This document shows, piece by piece, positions 26,424 to 37,924 of a DNA stretch of 64,000 bases. This stretch comes from Octopus vulgaris (Eukaryota): the NCBI GenBank assembly GCA_951406725.2, contig OX597823.1, forward strand, positions 17,298,001 to 17,362,000, given 5' to 3'. The translations under genes were made by a program, and so were the position numbers. The notes under the pieces are model-generated. The model worked only from the letters and a program-made list of their open reading frames with translations. It was not told the DNA's origin and searched no databases. Every line of letters begins with the position of its first letter. Within the stretch, counting starts at the first letter, position 1.

Positions 26424-26458
26424 TTTCTGTAGAAGAGCATAGGCTCGAAACGTAAAAG
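26424..26458 (+). ncRNA. Variant minimal hammerhead-like motif in a (TA)n-embedded Penelope-like repeat (about 26371-26550; 3' part also at about 23353-23432)
   Basis: ttt-CTGTAGA-a-gagc atag gctc-GAAA-cg-TA-aaag; core deviates from CUGANGA. Confidence 0.45.
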
Positions 26459-26574
26459 ACTTTTTCTATTCCTGAGCGCTATACTAATACATTTGTTTGT
26501 TTGTAAACCACCTGCCTTCGTCTCTTGTTTATTTTCATAAACTTTCCCTTTATATATATATATATATATATCTC

Positions 26575-26626
<52 letters not shown>

Positions 26627-27096
26627 TCAACATCGCTTGACATCGATGGTGGTGTAGTTAAAAACCCCGCAACTTAGTTGTTCGCCATAAGAGACCGATG
26701 GAATAAGTACTAGGCTTACAAGGATTCGCTCAACTGAAGGCGGTGCTCCAGCATGGAGCACGTCTTCATTAAGCAATAAAGTTATGACACGCCTAAAGAA
26801 TGATTTCCCAGACCCTTCTAGTAGTGTTTGATGATAATAATGGTTTCAAAATTTGGCGCAAGATTAACAGCTGTGAAGGAAGAGGGTTAGCCAGTACTCT
26901 CGACCCTCACTGCTTTATCGACCCTGCAAAGATGATCGGCAAAGTTGACCCCGTCGGAATATGAAGTCAGAACATATCTTAAAATTATTGTTCCGAGGGT
27001 CTGCGTTTCTGTCAAATCGCCGCAGAAAATATTGAAAAGAAATTTTGAAATAGTATGTTGTTAAGTTGTTTGGTTACTATTATGAACTGAAAGATT

Positions 27097-27519
27097 GGAT
27101 CTTTTCGGTTTGAACGGCAGTTTTTAACATAATTTCTAGGTAACTAAAAAATTCAAAACTTCGTATACTGGTAGAATGTGTTTATAAAACATCTTCTTCT
27201 CTTGGCTTTATTGAGAAAATTCTATAGTTTGTAAGATATTTGTTTTTTTCTTCAATTTCTGCAATTTCAACCAATCGATGACGTCCATTGAGGTAAAAAC
27301 ATTCTGTGCCGTATGAATACGTCTCTCGTTTAAGAAACAGATTGGGTTTATTTACATTTGTGAAGAAAAATAGCTACCCTTCTCCTCACCCCTAACCTTA
27401 ACCCTAACTAACCCTAAAACACATTGAAATGCAATAGATCGATACTAGGGTTATAATTATGGGTGACAATTTCATATGACACCATTAGAAAAAAACTGCC
27501 ATTCAAACCGAAAAGATCC
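27097..27519. mobile_element. MITE with ~29-bp TIRs and 8-bp TSD (Merlin/MULE/hAT-type)
   Basis: TIR GGATCTTTTCGGTTTGAACGGCAGTTTTT / AAAAACTGCCATTCAAACCGAAAAGATCC; TSD GAAAGATT at 27089-27096 and 27520-27527. Confidence 0.9.
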
Positions 27520-28345
27520 GAAAGATTTTATTAAAGGTTGATAGATTCTTGTAAATAAATCGTATCTGGTAATCTTTTCTGAAGCTGAATATTTTGTCAT
27601 CTCTCAATCCGATATTTTTTACATTGAAATATATATGACGCCATAAACTTTCTGAATGGTCTCTATGTACATATAAAGGTGATTCCATACAACCAGTTCG
27701 TGATGGAATATAATTTGTAAGACTACGATATGTACGTAACCAATAAAATCCTGTATTGTTCAATAACGAACACATTTTATAAAGATGATAATTCCGGATG
27801 AGATAATGGTGGATTAAAGTTTGAGCCTTTACCGATTCTTCCCAGTATTTTTTTTCCATCCTTCATCATTTATGCTTTTAGCAAAAGGATTATATTTGAG
27901 AATAAATTTGGAATGTAGTCTATATATATTTATATCTTTTCAACCCGTTTTTTTTTTGTGAATTCGTCTGCTTTTTCTCTCCTGTCCCATATCTGTATAA
28001 TCTGGTAAACAAATTCTTGTCAATTATATAGTTGTCTATTTTTAACAGTATTCATTTAATTTATTTTTTAAACCTCTTTTTATTGTCAGAGGTACTTGTA
28101 AGTTTGATAAATTATCAGCAAATAGAAAACATCCCACTTTCATGGTATTTCTTTAAAAGAATGTTATCAAAAGAATGTCTTTAAAAGATATTATTATTCT
28201 TAAAAGAATGTCTTTAAAAGATGTTATTCTTCTTCACCGCTCTGTGACACATATTGTAGAAATATGTAATACATAGCTGACATTTGTATTTACTTCATTG
28301 TCTGAATCTGATTCATTTGTATAACAACAACAACAACAATAATAG

Positions 28346-28396
<51 letters not shown>

Positions 28397-28549
28397 CACC
28401 ACTACTACTAATAATAATCCTTTCTACTGGAGGCACTAGGATCGATGTAATCGACTAATACCCTCCCTCAAAATTTGAGTCCTTGTGCCTATAATAGAGA
28501 GGATGATTATAATAATTATTATTATTACGACTATTAATATTATTATTAC

Positions 28550-28585
<36 letters not shown>

Positions 28586-28604
28586 CATCATTATTATTAT
28601 TATT

Positions 28605-29143
28605 GAGTGAGAGAGCAGTGCATGCCACCAAAGTGACACTGGGGTAAAATATATGAAGTCCAGTATACCCATCATGACTATCTGTCTGATAAGGGTACAC
28701 TAGGCACAGGCATCACAACCATATGTGCGCGATATGGTGATCTCATATGAAGATGAACAGCGCATGACCTTGGAGGTGGGGCCCAGTTAGAATTTTCTTC
28801 TGATCAAGTAGCCCATCTCGCTCAAAAGGTCCCTGAATAAGGATTGTTTAAGGATGATGAACGAACCACCCATGTTTCCAGAGGTGAATTATCCAAACCT
28901 CCAAGAATTCCTTTCAACACACTGTTATAATGCTCCCCCACTACTTCTGCTCGTGATCAGAGATGCACATATCGTCAGCCACAACTTGTTATGGTCAAAC
29001 AACTGACAAGCAAATCTGTGGTATTGAGCAGAATATTTGCTGTAGCCCATCTTTTATACCAAGACAAAACAATGTACATGATAATACTTCCAATCAGTTA
29101 AGATCAGAAGCCATGAGAGCCACTGTCTGGTACTGCATCAGGG
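28605..29143 (-). mobile_element. Apparently complete ~540-bp interspersed repeat flanked on both sides by (AAT)n
   Basis: Both ends abut (ATT)n arrays; partial copies at 3200-3435 and 10921-11182. Confidence 0.8.
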
Positions 29144-29152
29144 AATTTATTA

Positions 29153-29202
<50 letters not shown>

Positions 29203-29419
29203 GCGGTGAGCTGTCATAATTGTTGGCATGCCGGACAAAATGCTTAGCGACATTTCGTCCCTTTTAACGCTCTGAGTTCAAATGCCGATAAGGTCAGTTT
29301 TGCTTTTTATCCCTTCGGGGTCGATAAAATGTGTACCAGTTGAGCACTGAGATCGATGTAATCGACTAGTCCCCCGCCCCCAGCCAAAAATATCAGGCCT
29401 TGTGCCTATAGTAGAAAGG

Positions 29420-29469
<50 letters not shown>

Positions 29470-30092
29470 GGCGGTGAGCTGGCAGAAACGTTAGTACGCC
29501 AGACGAAATGCTTAGCGGTATTTCGTCTGCCGCTACGTTCTGAGTTCAAATTCCGCCGAGGTCGACTTTGCCTTTCATCCTTTCGGGGTCGATAAATTAA
29601 TTACCAGTTATGCACTGGGGTCGATGTAATCGACTTAATCCGTTTCTCTGTCCTTGTTTGTCCTCTCTGTGTTTAGCCCCTTTTGGGTAGTAAAGAAATA
29701 GGTATTTCTTCCGGCTCATTATGTTCTGAGTTTAAATTCCGCCGAGGTTGTATTTGCCTTTTATCTTGTCGAGGTCAATGAATTAAGTACCAGTGAAGTA
29801 CTGGGGTCTATGTAATCGACTGACGTCTTCTCCCAAACAATTTCAGACAGGGTACCTATAGTACAAAGGATTATCATTGAGAAAGGGTCCCGGTGGAATT
29901 GTTAACACATCGAACCAAATGATTAGCGGCATTTTTCCGGTTTATTAGGTTCTGACTTCAAATCCTGCCAAATTCAGTTTTGCCTTTCATCCTTTCGGGG
30001 TCGATAAAATAAGTATCAGTTGAGCATTTAAATCGATGTAATCCACTCATTTCTCTCAAAATTGCTCACTTTGTGTTAAAATTAGAAAGGAT
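29203..30092 (+). mobile_element. Cluster of SINE-M copies, including a tail-A/tail-B dimer at 29470-29873
   Basis: Junction TAAAGAAATA|GGTATTTCTTCCGGC at 29700. Confidence 0.85.
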
Positions 30093-30858
30093 TAATCTAA
30101 AGGATATTCTCATTGGATAAATATAAATGAGAAAAATATTATTTCAAAGGACTTCAATTGTTTCTTCCCATTGAGTTTGGTAAATATATTGCTTTCTTTT
30201 ATTAAATATCATTTAGTCATGAAGGAAGGCAGTGCCCATGGCCCTTAAAGTGTCTCCGAAAGTTGTGACAAGGAAGATATCCTCAAATTGGAGACCTTAT
30301 CCGAATCCTTGCTATAGAGACTCAAAAGACACTCAATGTGCCAGGAAGTTGTGTTAAACCGGGTAACGGATTAGGCCTTTTATCCAAGAAAGCCACGGCA
30401 AGATTTGAGCTCAGAATGCAAAGATTTGGAGCAAATATCGCCAGTCATTCGGTATGACGTCCTTATAGTTTCACCGGTCCACCATACTGAATTGTTAATC
30501 TTTTAGAACCCCAAAAGGATGAAAGATAAAATTGATCTCGCCGAGATTGGAACTTAGAGCGCCGATCTTCATAACAACAGCCGCGAAGCATTCTAGCCAA
30601 CGCTCTGATGACTGCCAATTCACGACTACTTGTGTTACTTGAGCAGTTAGCAATCTACATTTCCAAGATTCTTTTATTAATAAATAGCAATTGATCCTGG
30701 TTCATAAAGGCATGGGTATCTGTTGATTGGAGCCAGGCCGAGCTCAAATATAAAAACCATTAGTTTTTCGTATTTGAGGTCGATATTTTTCAGTAACTTG
30801 AAATTAGGCTGCTCTTACTTCCCATCCCTAACTATCACATTCTTTAAACTTCCCTGCC

Positions 30859-30900
<42 letters not shown>

Positions 30901-30902
<2 letters not shown>

Positions 30903-31210
30903 AGCACTCCGTCGGTTACGACGACGAGGGTACCAGTTGATACGATCAACGGAACAGCCCGCTCATGAAATTAACGTGCACGTGACTGAGCAATCCACAG
31001 ACACGCGTACCCCCAACGTAGTTCTCAGGGAGATTCAGCGTGACACAAAGTGTGACAAGGCCGGCCCTTTGAAATACAGGTACAACTCATTTTTGCCAGC
31101 TGAGTGGACTGGAGCAACGTGAAATAAAGTGTCTTGCTCAAGGACACAACACGTCGCCGGGAATTGACCTCACGACCTTATAATCGTGAGTCCTAACCAC
31201 TAAGCTACGC
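30901..31210 (-). mobile_element. tRNA-SINE head H2 + tail T1
   Basis: Minus: GCGTAGCTTAGTGGTTAGG...GTGTCCTTGAGCAAGACACTT...CACTCAGCTGGCAAAAATGAGT, then the T1 tail as in 39452-39636. Confidence 0.85.
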
Positions 31211-31954
31211 TTAGCTTATTTTAGCTTATGATCGTCTGTGGTTCAGAATCCGTCAATTTTTTTTTTTTTTAAGTAGAAACTGATTAATCTTTGTGGCTTT
31301 ACAGTTACTCTTTATTTTAAATGTGAGCATGTATACTTATAAAAAGTACTTATAAATATAAGTACTTATAATATATTTCGCTTGTATTTTCAGTATAAGA
31401 ATGTGTTTTGCATTTTCTAATTACATTTTCATCTATAATACTTTGAAAGTAGAGTATCAAAATATTTACGGAAAATGGAACAATTGTACAATACTAATGT
31501 ATTCAGAACACATTACTTTCAATATTTTGAAAACTGATACAGCTATTACAATATACTCTTAATCTTTTAGACATGTAATAGATACATAAATATTTAAATA
31601 TACTTATAAAGCGAGAGATCGAGTTTCCTCTCTTCTGTCTGTTTCTTTTTATATATATTTTTTATAATGAATGAACTTTTAAATTGCTTAAAAAAAAATC
31701 TGAAGCGACATATTTTTTCAAGAGTATGAATTCTGATATTTAAAACTAAAATCTGAAGACTGTCTTTAAAGGTATAATAAATTAATTACAAATAATTGGG
31801 GGTTAAAAAGCCACACTTTAACGAATTAGTGCCAAAAATTATAGTGTCAAGAATTTGTATGTATATTTTTATATATGATTTTAATAACATACTACATTGA
31901 GGTGATTGTACTCTACGAATACTTGGAACGAATTTTCCGTTTTGTATCTGGGTG

Positions 31955-32135
31955 TAACTAAATACCAAGAATTTTATTGCACTTTTTGCGACGTTGATTC
32001 AATAAATATCTTTCATCACAACGATAATTGATAGAATCGGAATTACGAAATTGAATTATTTGAGTTTTAAAAGCATCAAACTGTTGACCATTTTCAATTG
32101 CCCATTTTACAGCCGTTGACAGGACTGTAGAAAAG
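31955..32135 (-). pseudogene. Possible degraded CR1/Jockey-type reverse transcriptase fragment
   Basis: VKWAIENGQQFDAFKTQIIQF...KILGI resembles W...N...FN..KT..I.F and KYLGI of non-LTR RT domains 6-7. Confidence 0.4.
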
Positions 32136-32439
32136 TTATTTTCTATTGTTATTAATAATACTAAACCAAACATATAAACAGAAATCATTAACAAAACCTG
32201 ACGCTCCCACAGTTTCGTTTAAAGAAGCAAACAAATCCTTTGTAAAGAGTAAAAAATAAAACGGAGAAACAAAAATGAACTCTGAAAAGACTTTGGAGAA
32301 GATTTATAGCTTGACTTTGCTATAAATTAACCTTGTATTATTTTAAGTGAGAAGCTAGCAACAAAATTATAAAGACATAGAAAATTTTATAATGGCTTGA
32401 ATTTCTAAAAATTTGGAATGTAATTGTGGGGATCAAAGT

Positions 32440-33720
32440 GGTCTTACAACTAAGTTTGTAGAGCACAGCGGCATTGTAGACTTTCAGTTTGGTGAAGAGG
32501 TGAATGTCCTTGCGTAGCAATACAATTAATGCGGAGGTCTGTTGAGGTCCTGGGGAGCATTCTGGATCTTCAATGTGATTTCTTTATCGAGTGTTCCACA
32601 GCTGGACTTGATACTTCCGAGATGGCTGAAGCAGTCAACATTTCCCAGTTGCCTGTTGACCATGGTTGGTACAAGGTTGCAGAGTTGAAATGTTGCGTGC
32701 AGGCTGCAGGAGGAAATTCTGTCTTCTCGAGGCTGATTGTCAAGTCAAACAACGTTGGTGCGTTTGAGAATCTGTCGATGGTTGGTTTTCTATGTATACA
32801 ATCGTCAGTACACATGGCCATGGATATCACATACCTTCAATGAAGACGCAGTATTGTTCAAAACATTTCTCTTTCATTTGCTCCATAGTAAAAATCTTGC
32901 CCACGAGACTCCGTTCGGGCTGTATTGTGATTTAGGTACAGTTGAAATGAACCCTTTAAAACTGGTGCGAGCCAGGATTTTGCTTGGAATGAAAAACAGA
33001 GAGATGCCTTGATGATTGTCACTGTCCTCTTGAGAGCTTATGTTCTTGCAGACGGCTTCAACTACAGTATCCTGCACATAGATGGAATTTCTTCCTATTT
33101 TGGAATGCTCAGCAGCACATTGAAGAATGTCTTTAGTGACTTCTGTATGATAGGCGCTTGCGATTCTTCAGGAATACCAACCCCATCAAATGTCTTGCCG
33201 CAGCTCGTCTGACTGATCAGCTTGCTGTTCTCGGCCAGGGAAGGGAAGTTGTTGAGGTGTTCAAGGTCTGGTTTCAAAGGCTGACTGATCGATAGTTTAA
33301 GGCGGTTTAGGAACTGGCTGAAATGCTCTCTCCATCTGAAATTGATGCCATGTTTTATCTTGATGAGTAAGGAACCACTCTCAGAACGCGTGGGCATTGT
33401 ACTGGATTTTCAGTGTCTAAAAACAGGTTTGACATTATAAAATTCTTTAGAAATAGTTTGTGTTGGATTTAATCGGATTTTTTTTTATACATCGAAACAC
33501 GTAGTGGACGGTCGTCTCTCTGATATTTGTCTGGGAAGATTTAAATCTGTCCTTCTTGTGGCCAGAGTTTGGATAATTCAACTTCTCTATGAATGCTCTG
33601 CTTTTCTTCGTGACTAGGTCGTCGATGGTACACCAACTCTCATCGAACCAGTCTTGGTAAATTAGTTTCTTGCGACCTAGACTGCCATTATGCGGTTTCA
33701 GTTATAGCTTCTTCGAAAGT
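32440..33720 (-). mobile_element. Degraded RTE-BovB-like LINE ORF
   Basis: Motifs in the expected order on minus: YQDWFDE, RWREHFSQFLN, LTISLEKTE, IHLFTKLKVYNAAVL; many stops and frameshifts. Confidence 0.85.
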
Positions 33721-33991
33721 GATTTCATTTCTCGAAGATATTTCAAGAAAGTGGGTTGTTTTCTAACAATATCTGATAGTTTTATGGAAATATTTGAAAG
33801 CTACCTAAAATTCACGTTGGTATGGTTGTTGCTGTAGTTTGGAGACTGTTTCACCTACTTCTACTGGGTTAGGTCAGTGTGTAGTTTTCGAGTAGTGTGG
33901 ACTATAGCCTGCAGTTGGGGTCCAAAACTCGGCGACTCGCACAATTAGAAGAAGAATAATAAATTGGATATCATTCTGACAAACAATGACG

Positions 33992-34137
33992 TAGCTTGCT
34001 TACCAACCACATAGTTCCAGGTTCATTCCCACTGCGGGGCACCTAGGGCAAGTGTCTTCTACTATAGCCTTGGGCCGACCAAAGCCTTGTGAGTGGATTT
34101 GGTTGACGGAAACTGAAAGAAGCCAGTCGTATATATG

Positions 34138-34179
<42 letters not shown>

Positions 34180-34383
34180 TGTTCCTGTGTTTGTCCTCCC
34201 AGCATCGCTTGGCAACCGATGCTGGTGTGTTTACGTCCCCGTAACTTAGCGGTTCGGCAAAAGAGACCGATAGAATAAGTACTAGGCTTCCAATGAATAA
34301 GTCCTGGGGTCGATTTGCTCGACTAAAAAAAAGGCGGTGCTCCAGCATGGCCGCAGTCAACTGACTGAAACGAGCAAAAGAGT
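33992..34383 (+). mobile_element. CORE-like tRNA-SINE, slightly 5'-truncated
   Basis: Family match to 5534-5925. Confidence 0.85.
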
Positions 34384-34589
34384 AATCCATCAAATGTCGT
34401 TGTTTTGCTCTGAGATGCTTCCTTGTTATTTTGGATTCGTTGATCACATTCAATATAGTGCTTGTGGTGATTAGGTCATGCCCTGTACATTTGCCTCCTC
34501 CCTCTCAGCAAATCATACGTTCGAAGTCTGCTGTTTCAAATACCACAGAAGATAGAACATATATTTCCTATTTCTATGAGGAATTACGG

Positions 34590-34821
34590 TGGCACGTAAA
34601 AAGGACCATCCGATCGTGGCCGTTTGCCAGCTTCGTCTGGCACGTAAAAAGCTCTCACTACACTCACGGAGTGGTTAGCGTTAGGAAGGGCATCCAGCCG
34701 TAGAAACATTGCCAGATCAGACTGGGCCTGATGCAGCCTTCTGGCTTCCCAGACCCCAGTTGAACTGTCCAACCCATGCTAGCATGGAAAGCGGACGCTA
34801 AATGATGATGATGATGATGAT
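34590..34821 (+). mobile_element. Retroposon 3' region with a (GAT)n tail
   Basis: GCGTTAGGAAGGGCATCCAGCCGTAGAAAC motif typical of SINE bodies, ending GGACGCTAAA(TGA)n. Confidence 0.65.
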
Positions 34822-34890
34822 TTACATTCGACGGATATTTATCCTCATCTTGTTTGTTGTTAACACAACGTTTCGGCTGATATACCCCTG

Positions 34891-34939
<49 letters not shown>

Positions 34940-34950
34940 TGATGATGATG

Positions 34951-35004
<54 letters not shown>

Positions 35005-35139
35005 TCGAAAAATACCTTAGGAATGAGAACCCAGGTTCGAAATTTCCCCAAGACACCTGTTGGAGGCTGGTAGGTATATCAGCCGAAAGGTTGTGTTAAC
35101 AACAAACAAGATGAGGATAAATATCCGTCGAATGTAAAT
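34820..35139. mobile_element. Penelope-like inverted terminal structure (67-bp arms) with a degenerate hammerhead
   Basis: Arms 34820-34886 and 35073-35139; gacac-CTGttgga-ggctg..cagcc-GAAA-gg-TT-gtgtt at 35052-35097. Confidence 0.75.
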
Positions 35140-35375
35140 AATCTATATGTTTCCCATGTTCGGATTCATAAAAGTATTTACATTTTACGCTTTATGATAC
35201 GACTGTCAATTTTCATAATGTTTGAAATACACATTGAGCCATGCCTGTATGCGTGTGTGTGTGTGTATGTGTTTCTGACTGACGCACTAGGAATAAGTCC
35301 TGGTCGTCGATTTGCTCCAGCATGGCCGCAGTCAAATGACTGAAACGAGTAAAAGAGTATATATATATATATATA

Positions 35376-35930
35376 TAAACTGTACTTGGAGAAGAAGAAA
35401 CGAAACGAATCGAATCGAATCGACGCGAGGGCGCTCAGTCATACAATAGTGTAATAAATAAAATATATGCATACATACATACATATATGTACGTACCTAC
35501 ATCTACATGTATATATACATGCATATATAAATATATATACGTGAGTACAGGACACCACAAATAGACGTAGAACTCAGCGAGAAACGAAAACGTAAAAACA
35601 AGCATCGAACGGACCTTTTCTTTAACAACGAAAAAACAGAGTACAAGACAAACTACACAAGGAAAAATCCCCTTCATCAGCTGTCCCTAGTTCAACTCCA
35701 GCGTGTTTCGAAGGTGAAGACAGAACACGATTCGTCGAACTAGCCCTTCCTGCGAAAGAATTAAATAAAATTACTTCGCAGAGGGGTAAAAACAAGGAAA
35801 GAAAAAAATGTGACACAAACAGGACGTAAAAATGATACAAATAAAATTACAAAATAAAATACAAAATAAAATACAAAATAAAAATTCAATTACAAAAAAA
35901 TACAATACAAGAAATAAGAACAATCAAGAA
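35376..35930. mobile_element. (TA)n-embedded interspersed repeat, probably a Penelope-like terminus; second copy at 62818-63118
   Basis: About 300 bp shared between the two loci, both abutting (TA)n; contains CTTCATCAG and GTTTCG. Confidence 0.6.
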
Positions 35931-35945
35931 AACAAACATATATAT

Positions 35946-36314
35946 AGGCGCAGGAGTAGCTGTGTGGTAAGTAGCTTGCTTACCAACCACATGGTGCCGG
36001 GTTCAGTCCCACTGCGTGGCACCTTGGGCAAGTGTCTGATACTATAGCCTCGGGCCGACCAAAGCTTTGTGAATGGATTTGGTTGACGGAAACTGAAAAG
36101 AAGCCCGTCGTATATATGCATATATATGTGTGTGTTTGTCCCCACAACATCGCTTGACGACCGATGCTGGTGTGTTTACATCCCCGTAACTTAGCGGTTC
36201 GGCAAAAGAGACCAATAGAATAAGTACTAGGTTTACAAAGAATAAGTCCTAAAGGCGGTGCCCCAGCATGGCCACAGTCAAATGACTGAAACAAGTAAAA
36301 GAGAGTAAAAGAGA
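35946..36314 (+). mobile_element. CORE-like tRNA-SINE
   Basis: Family match to 5534-5925. Confidence 0.88.
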
Positions 36315-36330
36315 ATATATATATATATGC

Positions 36331-36387
<57 letters not shown>

Positions 36388-36600
36388 TACGTAAGCATGC
36401 CTCTATAAATAGCCTGCTAGATAGCTCGACAGACAGTCAGACGGAGAGTAATGAAAGCTGTCAGTGACAGCCAGCTGGACAGATTATGGAAGCGGAAGTA
36501 GCTAAAAGTTTACAAATTAAAAGTGGGTGGGGAGAGTTTAGGGGAAAAAAATCTCTATTCCTTGTGAGAGCCCTGTTTTCACATAGATCTCCAAGTGTGC

Positions 36601-36666
<66 letters not shown>

Positions 36667-36700
36667 ATCTATCTATCTATCTATCTTTCTATCTATGAAT

Positions 36701-36987
36701 CTTTTCTTTCCACAGGTAAACCTCACCTGTCCTCCCCTTTACACTTCATATTGACATTTCTGTGATTACGATCCCTATTGATCAACTTTGTTTCCTCTCC
36801 CCTTTTCTTTTTTTTTTCCCCTCTCCCCCCCTTTTTTTAAAATCCTCCCCTTTTTTTGTCCTCTTTCTTTCCTTTTACGATCCCTTTTGATCGAAAACCA
36901 CCCCCCTTTATTTTTACCCCCAAAAGAAAAGCTCTACCTTGTAATTTGTTCTGTCTGTGTGCAGCCCTGTGTGGCTAATAAAGAAAC
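36701..36987 (+). mobile_element. Tx1-like LINE 3'UTR fragment inserted in (ATCT)n with a 13-bp TSD
   Basis: Matches 1098-1381; TATCTATGAATCT at 36690-36702 and 36989-37001. Confidence 0.85.
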
Positions 36988-36997
36988 ATATCTATGA

Positions 36998-37032
<35 letters not shown>

Positions 37033-37036
<4 letters not shown>

Positions 37037-37188
37037 CTTTTCCTTTTCTTTTTTTTTCTTTTTATTGTTTTTATTTTATTCACCCCTTTTTTTTCTTTTG
37101 TTTTTTGTTCTCTTCATCCCCCAAAAGAAAAGCTCTACCTTGTAACTTGTCCCATCTGTGTGCAGCCCTGTGTGGCCAATAAAGAAAC
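37033..37188 (+). mobile_element. Second Tx1-like 3'UTR fragment in the same (ATCT)n array
   Basis: AAAGAAAAGCTCTACCTTGTAA...CAGCCCTGTGTGGCCAATAAAGAAAC followed by ATCT. Confidence 0.8.
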
Positions 37189-37328
37189 TTATCTATCTAT
37201 GTAATGTGTGTGTGTGTGTATATGCGTGAATATATGCATGTATGTGTGTGTGTGTGCGAATGTATGTATGTTTGTGTGTGTGTGTGAATGTATGTGTGTG
37301 TGTGTGAATGTATGCATGTATGTATGTA

Positions 37329-37368
<40 letters not shown>

Positions 37369-37627
37369 CATTAGAGCTGTTTATTTTTGTTCCCGCCCCT
37401 ATCGTATTGTTCTGTGCAGAAGCATAAACCATTGTATAATGTGCTGGTTTTGCTGTTTTTCCCGTCCTTGTTGAGTCCCCAGGTGAACATATAATCAATT
37501 GCGTTCCAGGCATGACAATCGCGTCCTTATATATATATTTAGGACGACACTGTGTAATATCTCATTCCTTCTGTTGTCGTTGTTGGTGGTGGTGGTGGCG
37601 GCGGTGGTTATTTTATTTTTGTATTTA

Positions 37628-37924
37628 TGCTCCCTTTTCAAGCCCAGCCAGGCTCATGGGCCCCGGTTTCCTGATTTCCGTGGCGTATGTGTTCCCCCAC
37701 GGGACGCCAGTCCATCGCAGCATTACTCAAGAAACAGGAAAAAAGAGTGAGAAAAAGTGGTGGCGAAATAGTACTGCAGTGGTCGCCACCATCCCCTGCC
37801 GGAACCTCGTGCAGCTTTTAGGTGTTTTTGCTCAATAAACACACACAACGCCCGATCTGGGAATCGAAACCGCGATCCTCCGACCGCGAGTCCGCTGCCC
37901 TAACCAGTGGGCCATTGCGCCTCC
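37628..37924 (-). mobile_element. tRNA-SINE head H1 + tail T2
   Basis: H1 head and body as at 39257-39450, then GAGTAATGCTGCGATGGACTGGCGTCCC...CCCATGAGCCTGG...AAAAGGGAGCA. Confidence 0.85.

Noticed and set aside
27391-27417. Interstitial telomere or chromosome fusion scar
   Set aside because: Only a few degenerate units, located inside a MITE.
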